This document shows, piece by piece, positions 36,432 through 46,870 of a DNA stretch of 64,000 bases. Within the stretch, counting starts at the first letter, position 1, and each line of letters opens with the position of its first letter. The notes beneath the pieces are model-generated. The model was not told the DNA's origin. It searched no databases and saw only the letters and a program-made list of their open reading frames with translations. The position numbers and the translations under genes were made by a program. The stretch comes from a virus (taxonomy: Duplodnaviria; Caudoviricetes), in the IMG/VR virus record IMGVR_UViG_3300032312_001422, positions 224,816-288,815 of that record, one strand, 5' to 3'.

Positions 36432-38741
36432 ATGGCACTAGGAAATTTCGTAGTACAAAATGGTCTCACAGTAGGACCACTCACAATTGATGCTGCAACA
36501 GGTAGCATCAGCACATCAGGCACAGTCAACATCTCGGGTGGCTTGGCTGTCAGCACTATTAGCAAAAACGATTCGTCTTTATCAATCAATGATACCGGAT
36601 TCGGAAGCAATATCACATTCAACATTGATGGTGCCACAGAACACGTGATGACTGGCACATTGACCAGCTTGCGTGGCGAACTGAGTTTTAGTCCAGACAA
36701 CACAGCTGACGCATTTAAAACCAGCGGCAATTTGACCAACGTGTTAAGTGTAGCTACCAAGAGTGTTAATGGATTTGTGCAAACAGCCATACGCAACGGA
36801 AGTAATGCTGCCAGTGCAAGTAGTGACTTTATTGCCTATGCCGACACTGGCAACGATGCTGGTGGCTACATTGATATGGGTATTGCCAACAGTTTGTTTA
36901 GCGATGCAGCGTTTGGTATTACCAAACCTGGTGACGGATATATCTTCTTAAGTGCTCCAACCTACGCCAACGCCAATCCTACAGGTGGTAACTTGGTATT
37001 GGCCACTGCCTCTGGATCCTACAGTGACATTGTGTTTGCTGCAGGTGGATTTGTTGACGGTACAGAACAAGGTCGTTTTGTGTTAGACGACGGATTGCTG
37101 GTTGCAGGTAACCTGATTTCAGCGGGTGGTGCAATTTACCAAGGCGCAGGTGCCAAGGCGCTGATTACCGATGCCAACGCCACAGCCACAATAAGTACCA
37201 CAGCCAACACCACAGCAACCACACTCAGTGTAAACAGTACCGCAGGATTCTTGGTACACGGCGCCTTGTATGCTGGCGCAGAACTCATGTACTACACCAG
37301 CAAAACGTCAACACAGTTTACTGGTATCACACGTGGCACATCAGGAACAACTCCCGAATCTCAACCCAGTGGTAGAGTAATATATCAACCCAATTCAGGA
37401 CTAACCAATGCGTCAACTGTGTTGACCGGCAATGCTGATGACTTTGTGCAAGTGGCTGTCAAAAACATCAACTCAGGAGCCAGTGCTTCAACAGATGTTA
37501 TTGCTTACGCTTCCAACGGTGACAACGATTCTGGTTGGATAGACATGGGTATCACGTCAGAAACTTTTGCTGCTGAAGAATTTGGTATCACCGGTGCTGA
37601 CGACGGTTACTTGTTTATGAGTGCCCCGGCTGGCACCACAGGTGACGGAGCTTTGGTCATTGCCACCAGCGAATACGGTGTAACCAACGATATTATTTTT
37701 GCCACAGATGGATTTGTGGCTGGCAACGAACGTGTTCGCATTATTGGACAAGATCGAGCAGGCGTACCTGCAGGTGTTGTGGTTAACATTGCTACCACAG
37801 CCACAAGCACTACAACAGGTGCTCTACGGGTCAACGGTGGTGTTGGACTGCAAGGCAACTTGTATGTGGGTGGTAATTTTAACTTGCAAGGTAACATCAC
37901 AATTGGTGGTACCGGATCAACAACAAGTACGAGCACACTGGTTATTGAAAATCCAATCAGCTTCTTGGCCAATGCCAACAACGGCGACAGCCAAGACATT
38001 GGTATTGTTGGACAATATGTTGGTGGTACAACCAAGTATGCTGGTGTTGTTAGAGATAGTGTAACAAAGTCATTCCGTTTCTTTGATGGCGTAACTAGCA
38101 AACCAGGTACCACAGTAGGATTCTCTACTTCGTCTGCAGGTAACGTATATGCTGGTCAATTGATGTTGGCCAACAGCACAGTAAGCTCAAGTACTACAAC
38201 TGGCGCATTAATTGTAGCTGGTGGTGTTGGTATTGGCGGCAAAGCCTACATTGGCGGCGAAATGACCATCACAGGAAGTATTGTCCCTACAGCCAACTTG
38301 ACATACAACTTGGGTAGCGTAAGCAGTTGGTGGAGTACATTCTACGGTGTGTCAACACAGGCCAAATACGCTGACTTGGCAGAAAACTATCAAGCAGACA
38401 AAGCATACCCTGCAGGTACTGTGGTCATGTTTGGTGGAGCCGCAGAAGTTACTCAAGCCGATGTAGAAACACGAGCAGTGGCCGGTGTAGTAAGTACAAA
38501 CCCAGCACACTTGATGAATGGCGGCTTAACCGGTACAAACGTGGTTCCTGTAGCTTTACAAGGACGTGTTCCCTGTAATGTAATTGGTCCAGTTTGTAAG
38601 GGAGATTTAATGGTCAGTGCCGGATTTGGTTATGCCAAATCCTGTGACAATCCACTAATTGGGCAGGTCATTGGCAAAGCCCTGTGCGATTTCCCAAGTG
38701 CTACCAAAGCAGTTATAGAAATAGTGGTTGGTCGCAACTAA
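36432..38741 (+). CDS. tail fibre-like protein with C-terminal chaperone/autocleavage-like domain (769 aa)
   Basis: internal duplicated module FVQ..ASAS.D.IAYA....GYIDMGI; C-terminal QAKYADLAENY...VALQGRVPC...GDLMVS. Confidence 0.7.
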   Translation: MALGNFVVQNGLTVGPLTIDAATGSISTSGTVNISGGLAVSTISKNDSSLSINDTGFGSNITFNIDGATEHVMTGTLTSLRGELSFSPDNTADAFKTSGNLTNVLSVATKSVNGFVQTAIRNGSNAASASSDFIAYADTGNDAGGYIDMGIANSLFSDAAFGITKPGDGYIFLSAPTYANANPTGGNLVLATASGSYSDIVFAAGGFVDGTEQGRFVLDDGLLVAGNLISAGGAIYQGAGAKALITDANATATISTTANTTATTLSVNSTAGFLVHGALYAGAELMYYTSKTSTQFTGITRGTSGTTPESQPSGRVIYQPNSGLTNASTVLTGNADDFVQVAVKNINSGASASTDVIAYASNGDNDSGWIDMGITSETFAAEEFGITGADDGYLFMSAPAGTTGDGALVIATSEYGVTNDIIFATDGFVAGNERVRIIGQDRAGVPAGVVVNIATTATSTTTGALRVNGGVGLQGNLYVGGNFNLQGNITIGGTGSTTSTSTLVIENPISFLANANNGDSQDIGIVGQYVGGTTKYAGVVRDSVTKSFRFFDGVTSKPGTTVGFSTSSAGNVYAGQLMLANSTVSSSTTTGALIVAGGVGIGGKAYIGGEMTITGSIVPTANLTYNLGSVSSWWSTFYGVSTQAKYADLAENYQADKAYPAGTVVMFGGAAEVTQADVETRAVAGVVSTNPAHLMNGGLTGTNVVPVALQGRVPCNVIGPVCKGDLMVSAGFGYAKSCDNPLIGQVIGKALCDFPSATKAVIEIVVGRN

Positions 38742-38765
38742 TAGTTTGCAAAACACCCAACAAAC

Positions 38766-38793
38766 AAAGGGCCTTAGGGCCCTTTTGTTTTTT
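38766..38793 (+). terminator. intrinsic terminator
   Basis: AAAGGGCC-TTAG-GGCCCTTT followed by T-rich tract. Confidence 0.85.
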
Positions 38794-38828
38794 CCGATAA
38801 ATATACAATAATACACGGATTTTGATAG

Positions 38829-39911
38829 ATGGCATTAACTAGACCAAAAATAGGACAATTCACAACAGAGATCACGTCGTTGACGGATCCAATAACGGTA
38901 CTCAATGGTGGATCAACATCAGCCAACGTAGACGTTGGTTTCTTGATGAATCGTGCCAACGGGTTAGTTAGTAACGTGGCCTTGTACTGGAATGAGTCAG
39001 GCAATACTTTTGTAACAGCATTTACCAGCAATACTGGAGTAACAAACTCAAATATTGCAGTAACTGCCTATGCAAACATCACTACAGGATCGGTACTACC
39101 CGGAGCAAACGTCACCCACGACCTGGGCAGTTCAACACAACGTTGGAAAGATTTATATCTAAGCGGTACAACCATCTATCTTGGTGGTGCAACAATTTCC
39201 AGTCCCAACGCCAATACATTAATATTTACTAACCCTGCTGGAGCCAGTTTTAGTGTCACAGGCACAACAGCAGGACAGGCATCCAGCCAATTTGGTAATT
39301 TGTCGGCCGGGTCCGGAGTTGCAAGTACCAGTGCCACAACTGGTGCTTTACAGGTAACTGGTGGCGCTGGCATAACTGGAAATTTATATGTTGGCGGAAA
39401 TCTTGAAGTAGCAGGAACCGTAACTTTTACCAACTCTGTAGTACAAACACAAACAGAGTTAGTCTTGGGTACAGAAATAGTAGGCGGCAATTTAATAGCC
39501 AATTCCAGCACACAATCAACCAGTACCACAACAGGTGCTTTGGTAGTAGTAGGCGGCGCCGGCATTTCGGGCAATCTCAACGTTGGTGGCAACATTTCAG
39601 CCACAAACATATTCCAAGATCGTGGCAACGACATGAACGACTGGAACACGCTGACTGTTATGGGCGTATATTTGATAAATAGAGATAGCTGGACAGGAAC
39701 TAGCAATACACCGCTAAACACGCTGAATTTTACTGGACAACTAGAAGTTATAAACACAGGAAATGTGAGTATAACACAGAATTATAGACCGTACGATAAT
39801 TCTACTGGGCCCAATGTTTTTTGGACTCGTAGCAAGTATAGTGCAAGTGATTGGACCGCGTGGGTAAAGATAATCAACGGGTCAGAAGTGATGGATGGCG
39901 GTAGTTTTTAA
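38829..39911 (+). CDS. tail fibre-like protein (360 aa)
   Basis: ALQVTGGAGITGNLYVGG repeats, HDLGSSTQRWKDLYLSG; C-terminal GVYLI...GQLEV...TQNY...WTAWVK domain; GATAAATA at 38796-38803. Confidence 0.7.
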   Translation: MALTRPKIGQFTTEITSLTDPITVLNGGSTSANVDVGFLMNRANGLVSNVALYWNESGNTFVTAFTSNTGVTNSNIAVTAYANITTGSVLPGANVTHDLGSSTQRWKDLYLSGTTIYLGGATISSPNANTLIFTNPAGASFSVTGTTAGQASSQFGNLSAGSGVASTSATTGALQVTGGAGITGNLYVGGNLEVAGTVTFTNSVVQTQTELVLGTEIVGGNLIANSSTQSTSTTTGALVVVGGAGISGNLNVGGNISATNIFQDRGNDMNDWNTLTVMGVYLINRDSWTGTSNTPLNTLNFTGQLEVINTGNVSITQNYRPYDNSTGPNVFWTRSKYSASDWTAWVKIINGSEVMDGGSF

Positions 39912-39926
39912 AAACAGGATTAGAAG

Positions 39927-41453
39927 ATGCCAAATACAATATTATTAAAAAGAGCTAGCACCGCAGGAAGGGTTCCCGTCACGGCAAACTTGTCACTGGG
40001 CGAGTTAAGCATAAACAGCACAGACGGACGTTTATACACTACCACTGGTAGTGCAATCGTAGACCTAACACAAAACGACAAAATCACACTCAGCGGTGAT
40101 GCCACAGGCACAAGTACAAATCCTGCAGCAGGCGGCAACTATAGTAATTTGGCAGTAACTTTATCTTCCACTGGCGTGACTGCCGGCAACTATGGTAGCG
40201 CCACTAGTATTCCCACTATTGTGGTTGATGCCAAAGGACGTGTTACCAGCCTAACAACTAATGCAGTCAGCACCACAATCAGTTTGGCAGGTTCCACTGG
40301 TTCTGGAAGTGTGGCCGGTGGTGGCACATTAACTGTCAATGGACTAAACGGTATTGCTACCAGCGTGGCTGGCAGTACCATCACTATATCAGGCAACGGA
40401 ACAGTTCTAACAGCCAACGTAAGTCTATACGAAAGTGTCACGGCATCAACCACTAATGCCATATTTTATCCCATGCTGTCAGATAAAACTTCAGGTAATA
40501 CTGCAAGTTTTTCAGCTGCTACACTTTCTTATAATCCCGGCACCGGCGCTTTATATGCTACCTCAGGCACATTCAACAGCGTATATGCTGCGGCATTTGG
40601 TAACTTAAACACAACCTTTACTGGTGCTAGTATTAGCACAACCAATGGATATATTACAACCATTGATTCCACCACAGTACGTGCAGCTACCATTGGTAAT
40701 ACAGGCGCAACTTTAACAGGTACACTAAGCACAGCTGCACAACCCAATATCACAAGCGTAGGTACATTGTCTAGTTTGGTTACATCAGGCGATGTCACTG
40801 TTGGCGGAAACTTGACCATACAAGGTAACACAGTAACCATTGGTTCCAATAACTTGACAGTCACTGACTCAATCATTGGCCTGCATACATTTGCCAATGG
40901 TGCACCATTGATATCAGATGATGGTAGAGACATTGGTTTACGCTTCCACTACTACAAAGGTGCAGACAAACATGCGTTTTTAGGATGGGATAATGCCATC
41001 GAAACTTTGGTATACTTTGCCAACGCAACAGAAGTCAGCAGTAACATCACAGGAACTTTAGGTAACGTACAATTTGGTAGTTTGACTCTGAGCAACACAG
41101 CTGCCACAGTATTGACAGTTGGTGGTAACACAGCCATTAACAGTACTGTGTATGGTCGCGGCGTATTTGACAATAGTGTTCGTGTGGTCAGTACATCCGC
41201 AGGAGCCGGTAACCTAACCATCAGCGGTACAGCTATCAATCTAACAGCCGTTGGACCGGGTGCAACCACAGTTGGATCAGTAACACACCATGCAATTATA
41301 ACAACAGATGCATATGGTCGTGTGGTCACGTTGGCCAACACAGCTATCAGTTTACCGTTTGCTTCGTTGACAGCAATACCAACCACATTGACCGGTTATG
41401 GAATTACTGATGCATTGAGTACCAGTGCTACCATTGATGGTGGTACTTATTAA
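39927..41453 (+). CDS. tail fibre-like protein (508 aa)
   Basis: N-terminal ILLKRAST...LGELSINSTDGRLY resembles the T4 gp37 N-terminus; GNYGSATSIPTIVVDAKGRVT; TTLTGYGITDA; ends IDGGTY. Confidence 0.75.
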   Translation: MPNTILLKRASTAGRVPVTANLSLGELSINSTDGRLYTTTGSAIVDLTQNDKITLSGDATGTSTNPAAGGNYSNLAVTLSSTGVTAGNYGSATSIPTIVVDAKGRVTSLTTNAVSTTISLAGSTGSGSVAGGGTLTVNGLNGIATSVAGSTITISGNGTVLTANVSLYESVTASTTNAIFYPMLSDKTSGNTASFSAATLSYNPGTGALYATSGTFNSVYAAAFGNLNTTFTGASISTTNGYITTIDSTTVRAATIGNTGATLTGTLSTAAQPNITSVGTLSSLVTSGDVTVGGNLTIQGNTVTIGSNNLTVTDSIIGLHTFANGAPLISDDGRDIGLRFHYYKGADKHAFLGWDNAIETLVYFANATEVSSNITGTLGNVQFGSLTLSNTAATVLTVGGNTAINSTVYGRGVFDNSVRVVSTSAGAGNLTISGTAINLTAVGPGATTVGSVTHHAIITTDAYGRVVTLANTAISLPFASLTAIPTTLTGYGITDALSTSATIDGGTY

Positions 41454-41530
41454 AATTTGAGCTAGGGGATTTTTATCCTCTAACCGTTGGTTTTTACCAA
41501 CATATATAACGGGCCTTTTTAGGTTAATAG

Positions 41531-42796
41531 ATGCCAAACACAGTTTTATTAAAACGCAGTTCGGTGGCCGGCAAGGTCCCGACAACATTAGAGTACGGTG
41601 AAGTCACAATCAACTACACCGACGGAGTACTCTGGTATAAAACTTCAGCAAACACAATCACCAGAATCAATTCCGCTGTCAGCGGAGGCACCGTCAACGG
41701 CCTTGCTTATCTAGGCTCTGCCAATGTGTTGGTCAATAGTGCTGGCCTAACTTTTAATCCCACTGGAAATACACTAACAGTTGGTGGTAATATTGTTACC
41801 ACTGCCAATATTACCGCAGGCAATATCACCACCTCAGGCACGTCTGGTAATATTCTCAATGTTGATTATATATTTTCTAACAATTTTGTTTATAGTGCCA
41901 ACGGCATTGGTATACTGTCTAGTGTAAATGCCAATATTGGTGCATATCAGACTTATGGTAATGCTCAATTGGCATTACGTGCTCCAATTGCTAATCCATC
42001 ATTTACTGGTGTATTAACCAGTGCCGGTAACGTTGTGGCTGCAAGCGGTACTGCTAGTGCCGGTACAACAACTGGAGCATTAGTAGTAGCAGGCGGCGCA
42101 GGAATCAGTGGCAATTTGAATGTTGGTGGCAACGTAACAGTTACCGGGCATGTATCGCCCAGCGCCAACGTAACATATGACCTGGGCAGTCCAACACAGC
42201 GTTGGAAGGACCTATATCTAAGTGGCAATACCATGGTGCTTGGGCAAGCCAACATCCAAGCACACAGCAGTGGCATAACCATATATGCACCAAATCAAAC
42301 AGTAAATCTTAACCAAAATCTACATACCACAGCAACTCCATCATTTGCCAACATAACTGCCACTGGCAATTTGATAGTAAATGCCAGACTGCGAGATTAC
42401 ACCGGCAATGCTGGCATAAACGGACAACTGTTGGCCAGCACCGGAACAGGCGTACAATGGGTTTCAAGAGATACCGGAAGCCTAGCAAGCCTAAGCGACG
42501 TTAACCTAAGTGATCCATATGTACAACAGGTTCTGACCTATGACGGAACCAACTGGGTCAATGCTGACTCAAATGCGGTAGTGGCGTCTGCGGTGTTTGC
42601 ATCAAGTCAAAGTGATTTGGGGTCAGTTACAGATCTGGTATTGACCATTACAGAAGATGAAGGCCTGGTCACAGACGTAGCAACTACCATTTATGACTTG
42701 GGTGTTTTAAGTTTCACTGGTATTATTTCGTTAAATAACATAGACCAATCAATCAAGTCTGATTATTTAGGTTACTCAATTATTTTTGGATTTTAA
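41531..42796 (+). CDS. tail fibre-like protein (421 aa)
   Basis: N-terminal VLLKRSS...YGEVTINYTDGVLW (gp37-like); LASLSDVNL...QVLTYDGTNWVN. Confidence 0.7.
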   Translation: MPNTVLLKRSSVAGKVPTTLEYGEVTINYTDGVLWYKTSANTITRINSAVSGGTVNGLAYLGSANVLVNSAGLTFNPTGNTLTVGGNIVTTANITAGNITTSGTSGNILNVDYIFSNNFVYSANGIGILSSVNANIGAYQTYGNAQLALRAPIANPSFTGVLTSAGNVVAASGTASAGTTTGALVVAGGAGISGNLNVGGNVTVTGHVSPSANVTYDLGSPTQRWKDLYLSGNTMVLGQANIQAHSSGITIYAPNQTVNLNQNLHTTATPSFANITATGNLIVNARLRDYTGNAGINGQLLASTGTGVQWVSRDTGSLASLSDVNLSDPYVQQVLTYDGTNWVNADSNAVVASAVFASSQSDLGSVTDLVLTITEDEGLVTDVATTIYDLGVLSFTGIISLNNIDQSIKSDYLGYSIIFGF

Positions 42797-42804
42797 GGAA
42801 AAAA

Positions 42805-45666
42805 ATGGCACGCCAACTGATAGAAAAGTATATTTTTAGTCCCAACACACCAGGAGCAGGAACACTAAAGTTTCCCGGCAAAGTCGATCTGACTCAACTG
42901 TTGATTATTGCTAACAAAACGCAACAAACCAACATCTACGCCATTGGAGACCCTACCAAGAACGGCACTATCAGTTATGATCCCGACGACAATACCACAT
43001 TCTATTCAGAACAAAATGGAGTAAGCACAGTAACATTCAGTGCCGACACATCGGCCATGTTGAGTTCAGATGCCATTGCCATCTATTCAGATGCTCCAAA
43101 ACAGCAAGGTAACGTTATACGTCCTTATGCGTTTGGTGTTGATGCCATTGAGCGTATGCGTATTGCTCAGCCACAAAGTTTAATTGATGCAGACTTTGAA
43201 TATGGCTTGCAACCGACCAAGTGGCAAAACTACACCGATGTTCGCAATATTCCGGGTATTTACGAAAGACCCGGACTGGATTTGTTTATTACCAATATCA
43301 TCACCGATGGTGGAAACCCCAGTGTGATCACTGTAACAACCAGTGCTGAGCATGGACTAAGTGTTGCACAACCTGTGATCATGTTTGGACTTGGTAACGT
43401 CACCAATGCTGCACGTGCCGAAGGCGCTTTTGTGGTATCCACAGTTCCAACCAGCACCTCGTTCACATATTTTGCCAAAGGCATTGTTGGCACAAACGGA
43501 GTGTCTATATTCACAGGCAGCACATATGGACGTCGAGGCGGTTTTTATGCTGGATCATCCATACCTATTACTGGATATGTCAGTGACGGCAATAGTCCAA
43601 GCAAAATCACTGCAACCACGTCAGCAGCACATGGCATGGTTCCGGGTGCGCCAATTGTCAACGTGGTCACAAGTACAGGCACATTTCATAACCTAATGGG
43701 CGGTAACTTTTTTGTTGAAACAGTCCCACACGCCACAACATTTACATTTACTGCCCGCGTGGGCGGAGCAGTGGCCAATGCCGGTATTACCGCAACAACA
43801 TTTACACGAAGTGATGCGTTCATACAACACAGACCATTTGACGGTGGTATTAACGTAGGTGCATTCTTGCCCAGCCACGGTGCAAGTGTGTCACGTCAAA
43901 CTAAAAAATACATGCGTTATCAATCGGGTAAAGGTATCCTATGGACATCGGGTGTGTTGTTTAATCCGGTTATCAACCTAGACCAAATCAGTGCAACAGG
44001 AACCGCAGCTGGAAGCACTATCACAGTGACCACAGAAACTGATCACGGATTACAAGCTGGAGCCACAATTGAAATTTCTGGAGTGGTTACCTCAGGCTAT
44101 AATGGCACTTATGGTGTGGTTGGAGTCAACAGTGAAAGTGTGTTTACCTTAACAGCCACACAAACCTTGGGCAGCACCTCAGCTGTAATTACCAATCTTC
44201 CGCGTGTCACAGTGAAAAACTGGCACGGAGCCAGTACTCGTGTTGGTGCATTTGATGATCAAAACGGATTGTTTTGGGAATTTGATGGTATTGAATTAGC
44301 TGTGGTCAAGCGTAGTGCCACATATCAGTTGTCTGGTTTTATTAGTGTCACTGCCGGTAGCCAATCAGTGACTGGTACCAGTTGTCGATTTACACAACAA
44401 TTAAAAGTAGGCGACCGAATTGTAATTCGTGGTATGACCTACATGGTTGGTAATATTACTGACGACAATACCATGACTATCAATCCTGAATATCGTGGAG
44501 TCAACAATGCAAGTAGTGTCAAGATAGCTGCAGTCATTGATAACCGTGTACCACAAAGCCAATTTAACTTTGATACCCTAGATGGCAACGGTATCAGTGG
44601 TTATGATATTAACTTGAATAAAATGCAGATGTTGGGCATCAGTTTCAGTTGGTATGGTGCCGGCTTTATTGATTTTATGCTACGTGGTCCTGATGGCAAC
44701 ATGATTCTTGCACATCGTATGAAACAAAACAATATCAATGATGAAGCCTATATGCGTACCGGTAACTCAACAGTACGCTATCAAGCCATCAATGAATCAG
44801 CAAGAGACAGATTGTACACAGCAATGAATTCTAGTGTAACATCAATGACACTATATGATGCTGGACGCTTTCCGGCCACTGGCGGAGTAGTAATGGTAGA
44901 CAATGAAATTATTTCCTATACAGGTAAAGCAGGTAATACCCTAACTGGATTGACTCGAGGTGCCAGTTTTAATATGTTTGTGGGCGGATCAACCAAAACA
45001 TTTGGTGGAGGAGCGGCAGCAAGTCACGCCATTGGTAACGGTTACACAGCGGTTACGCTGATTAGCTGTACTTGTGCTCCAATTGTTAACCACTGGGGAT
45101 CAAGTTATATCATGGACGGTAACTTTGATAGTGATCGTGGTTACTACTTTAACTATACATCTTTAAATAATACTGTTTCTGCTGGTCAAAGTGAAACGGC
45201 ATTTTTCTTACGTTTAGCACCTAGTGTAAGTAACTCTATTGCAGGAGCATTTGGCGACAGAGATCTTATCAATCGTTCACAACTATTGCTACAAAAACTA
45301 CAGGTACAGTCTGATCAATCTGTTCAAGTCTACGGCATTTTAAATCCAGGTAACATTGATGCCAGCTCACTGACCTGGACAGCGGTCAACAGTTCTGCCC
45401 TAGGAAGCCAACCAAGTTTTGCACAAATCAGTACCAGTACTAGCACAGCTGCTACACCGGGAGAACAAAACTTTAGTACCTTGGGACAACCTAACGGTTT
45501 TTCTGAAATTGACCTAAGCCAACTTAAAGAATTAACAAACTCTGCCATTGGTGGATACAGTAATTTTCCAGATGGTCCAGACGTGTTAGCAGTAGTTGTA
45601 AAAAATCTTTCTGGATCAAATGCAACATGTAACATCAACTTGTTTTGGTCAGAAGCACAAGCATAA
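42805..45666 (+). CDS. large virion structural protein with three repeated TVTT..HG beta modules (953 aa)
   Basis: ITVTTSAEHGL, ITATTSAAHGM, ITVTTETDHGL; SLIDADFEYGLQPTKW; RQTKKYMRYQSGKG. Confidence 0.7.
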   Translation: MARQLIEKYIFSPNTPGAGTLKFPGKVDLTQLLIIANKTQQTNIYAIGDPTKNGTISYDPDDNTTFYSEQNGVSTVTFSADTSAMLSSDAIAIYSDAPKQQGNVIRPYAFGVDAIERMRIAQPQSLIDADFEYGLQPTKWQNYTDVRNIPGIYERPGLDLFITNIITDGGNPSVITVTTSAEHGLSVAQPVIMFGLGNVTNAARAEGAFVVSTVPTSTSFTYFAKGIVGTNGVSIFTGSTYGRRGGFYAGSSIPITGYVSDGNSPSKITATTSAAHGMVPGAPIVNVVTSTGTFHNLMGGNFFVETVPHATTFTFTARVGGAVANAGITATTFTRSDAFIQHRPFDGGINVGAFLPSHGASVSRQTKKYMRYQSGKGILWTSGVLFNPVINLDQISATGTAAGSTITVTTETDHGLQAGATIEISGVVTSGYNGTYGVVGVNSESVFTLTATQTLGSTSAVITNLPRVTVKNWHGASTRVGAFDDQNGLFWEFDGIELAVVKRSATYQLSGFISVTAGSQSVTGTSCRFTQQLKVGDRIVIRGMTYMVGNITDDNTMTINPEYRGVNNASSVKIAAVIDNRVPQSQFNFDTLDGNGISGYDINLNKMQMLGISFSWYGAGFIDFMLRGPDGNMILAHRMKQNNINDEAYMRTGNSTVRYQAINESARDRLYTAMNSSVTSMTLYDAGRFPATGGVVMVDNEIISYTGKAGNTLTGLTRGASFNMFVGGSTKTFGGGAAASHAIGNGYTAVTLISCTCAPIVNHWGSSYIMDGNFDSDRGYYFNYTSLNNTVSAGQSETAFFLRLAPSVSNSIAGAFGDRDLINRSQLLLQKLQVQSDQSVQVYGILNPGNIDASSLTWTAVNSSALGSQPSFAQISTSTSTAATPGEQNFSTLGQPNGFSEIDLSQLKELTNSAIGGYSNFPDGPDVLAVVVKNLSGSNATCNINLFWSEAQA

Positions 45667-45671
45667 CAAAG

Positions 45672-45679
45672 TATAAATA
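45672..45679 (+). promoter_or_regulatory. late promoter TATAAATA
   Basis: exact consensus 18 nt upstream of ATG 45698. Confidence 0.7.
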
Positions 45680-45697
45680 TAGAAACAAAGGAATATC

Positions 45698-46834
45698 ATG
45701 GCATCACAAGTACAGTTTAGACGAGGAACTACAACACAAAACAACGCTTTTACTGGTGCTGCCGGAGAAATTACCTACGATACTGAAGCCAAAACTCTAC
45801 GACTACACGATGGTACTACAGCAGGTGGTGGCGCAACAGTATTGACTACAGGTGCAACACAAACTGTATTAAACAAGACTTTTAGTAGTGGTTCATTCTG
45901 GCAAGGTAATGCTGTTGCCCTGGCCTATGGCGGAACTGGTAGCGTATTAACTGCCGCCGCTGGAGCTGTGCCCTATAGTACTGCAACTGGATTGGGTCTA
46001 AGTTTAGCAGGTACTGCAGGACAGTTCCTTATTTCGGGTGGTACTGGATCTCCAACTTGGGTAGCAGGATCGGCATTGACTGTTGGTACAGCCACAGTAG
46101 CTACCAGTGCCACAAACATCACAGGTGGATCAGCTGGTCAGTTGATGATTCAGCAAGATACCAACGTGACAACTTTTATTACAGCAGGCGCTACAGGTAC
46201 ATTCTTAAAGTCTGAGGGTGCTGGATATGCACCAAGTTGGGCCACAGCCGATGTAAGATTTGGTAACACCATAGTGGCATTGGGCGGTAATAGTGCAGGT
46301 GTATTAAATGGTATCACCACACTAAACACTGATATACAATTTGTACCATTACCAAGAGGAAATACTGCTCAACGGCCCGGCGGCGCTCTCAACAGTATCA
46401 GTCCACAACTGGGACATGTACGATACAACACGCAACTTAGCAGTTTTGAGGGTTACGGAGCGGGTAACGCTTGGTCCAGTTTGGGTGGAGTAACATCAGT
46501 TGATAAAAAAGCGTTTATCCAAGCAGAAACAAGTGCTGGTGCTGGTGATAATGTAATCCGTGTGTATGCCGGAGATTCAGGTACCAGCACTGAAGTTTTA
46601 TGGGCTAGCTCCAGCAATGTATCAATTTTAACTGGCGCAAATTTAAAATATCCACGCTCAACTACCAGTGTGTGCCCAATGAGTGCAAACGTAAATTTAA
46701 TGACACTAAACGGAACAGAAGCTAGTTTAGTTGCAAACGTTGATGCATTTGGTGTAACAATTACATCATTTCAAAACTACAGTTTAATGGATCCAGTTGG
46801 TAGTATAGTATCGTTTGATCTAGGCACGCTATAA
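45698..46834 (+). CDS. fibre protein with Mtd-like N-terminal domain (378 aa)
   Basis: VQFRRGTTTQNNAFTGAAGEITYDTEAKTLRLHDG; LPRGNTAQRP...VRYNT module. Confidence 0.7.
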   Translation: MASQVQFRRGTTTQNNAFTGAAGEITYDTEAKTLRLHDGTTAGGGATVLTTGATQTVLNKTFSSGSFWQGNAVALAYGGTGSVLTAAAGAVPYSTATGLGLSLAGTAGQFLISGGTGSPTWVAGSALTVGTATVATSATNITGGSAGQLMIQQDTNVTTFITAGATGTFLKSEGAGYAPSWATADVRFGNTIVALGGNSAGVLNGITTLNTDIQFVPLPRGNTAQRPGGALNSISPQLGHVRYNTQLSSFEGYGAGNAWSSLGGVTSVDKKAFIQAETSAGAGDNVIRVYAGDSGTSTEVLWASSSNVSILTGANLKYPRSTTSVCPMSANVNLMTLNGTEASLVANVDAFGVTITSFQNYSLMDPVGSIVSFDLGTL

Positions 46835-46870
46835 GATATAGATAAATAACAAATACAAGGAAATTTAGAA

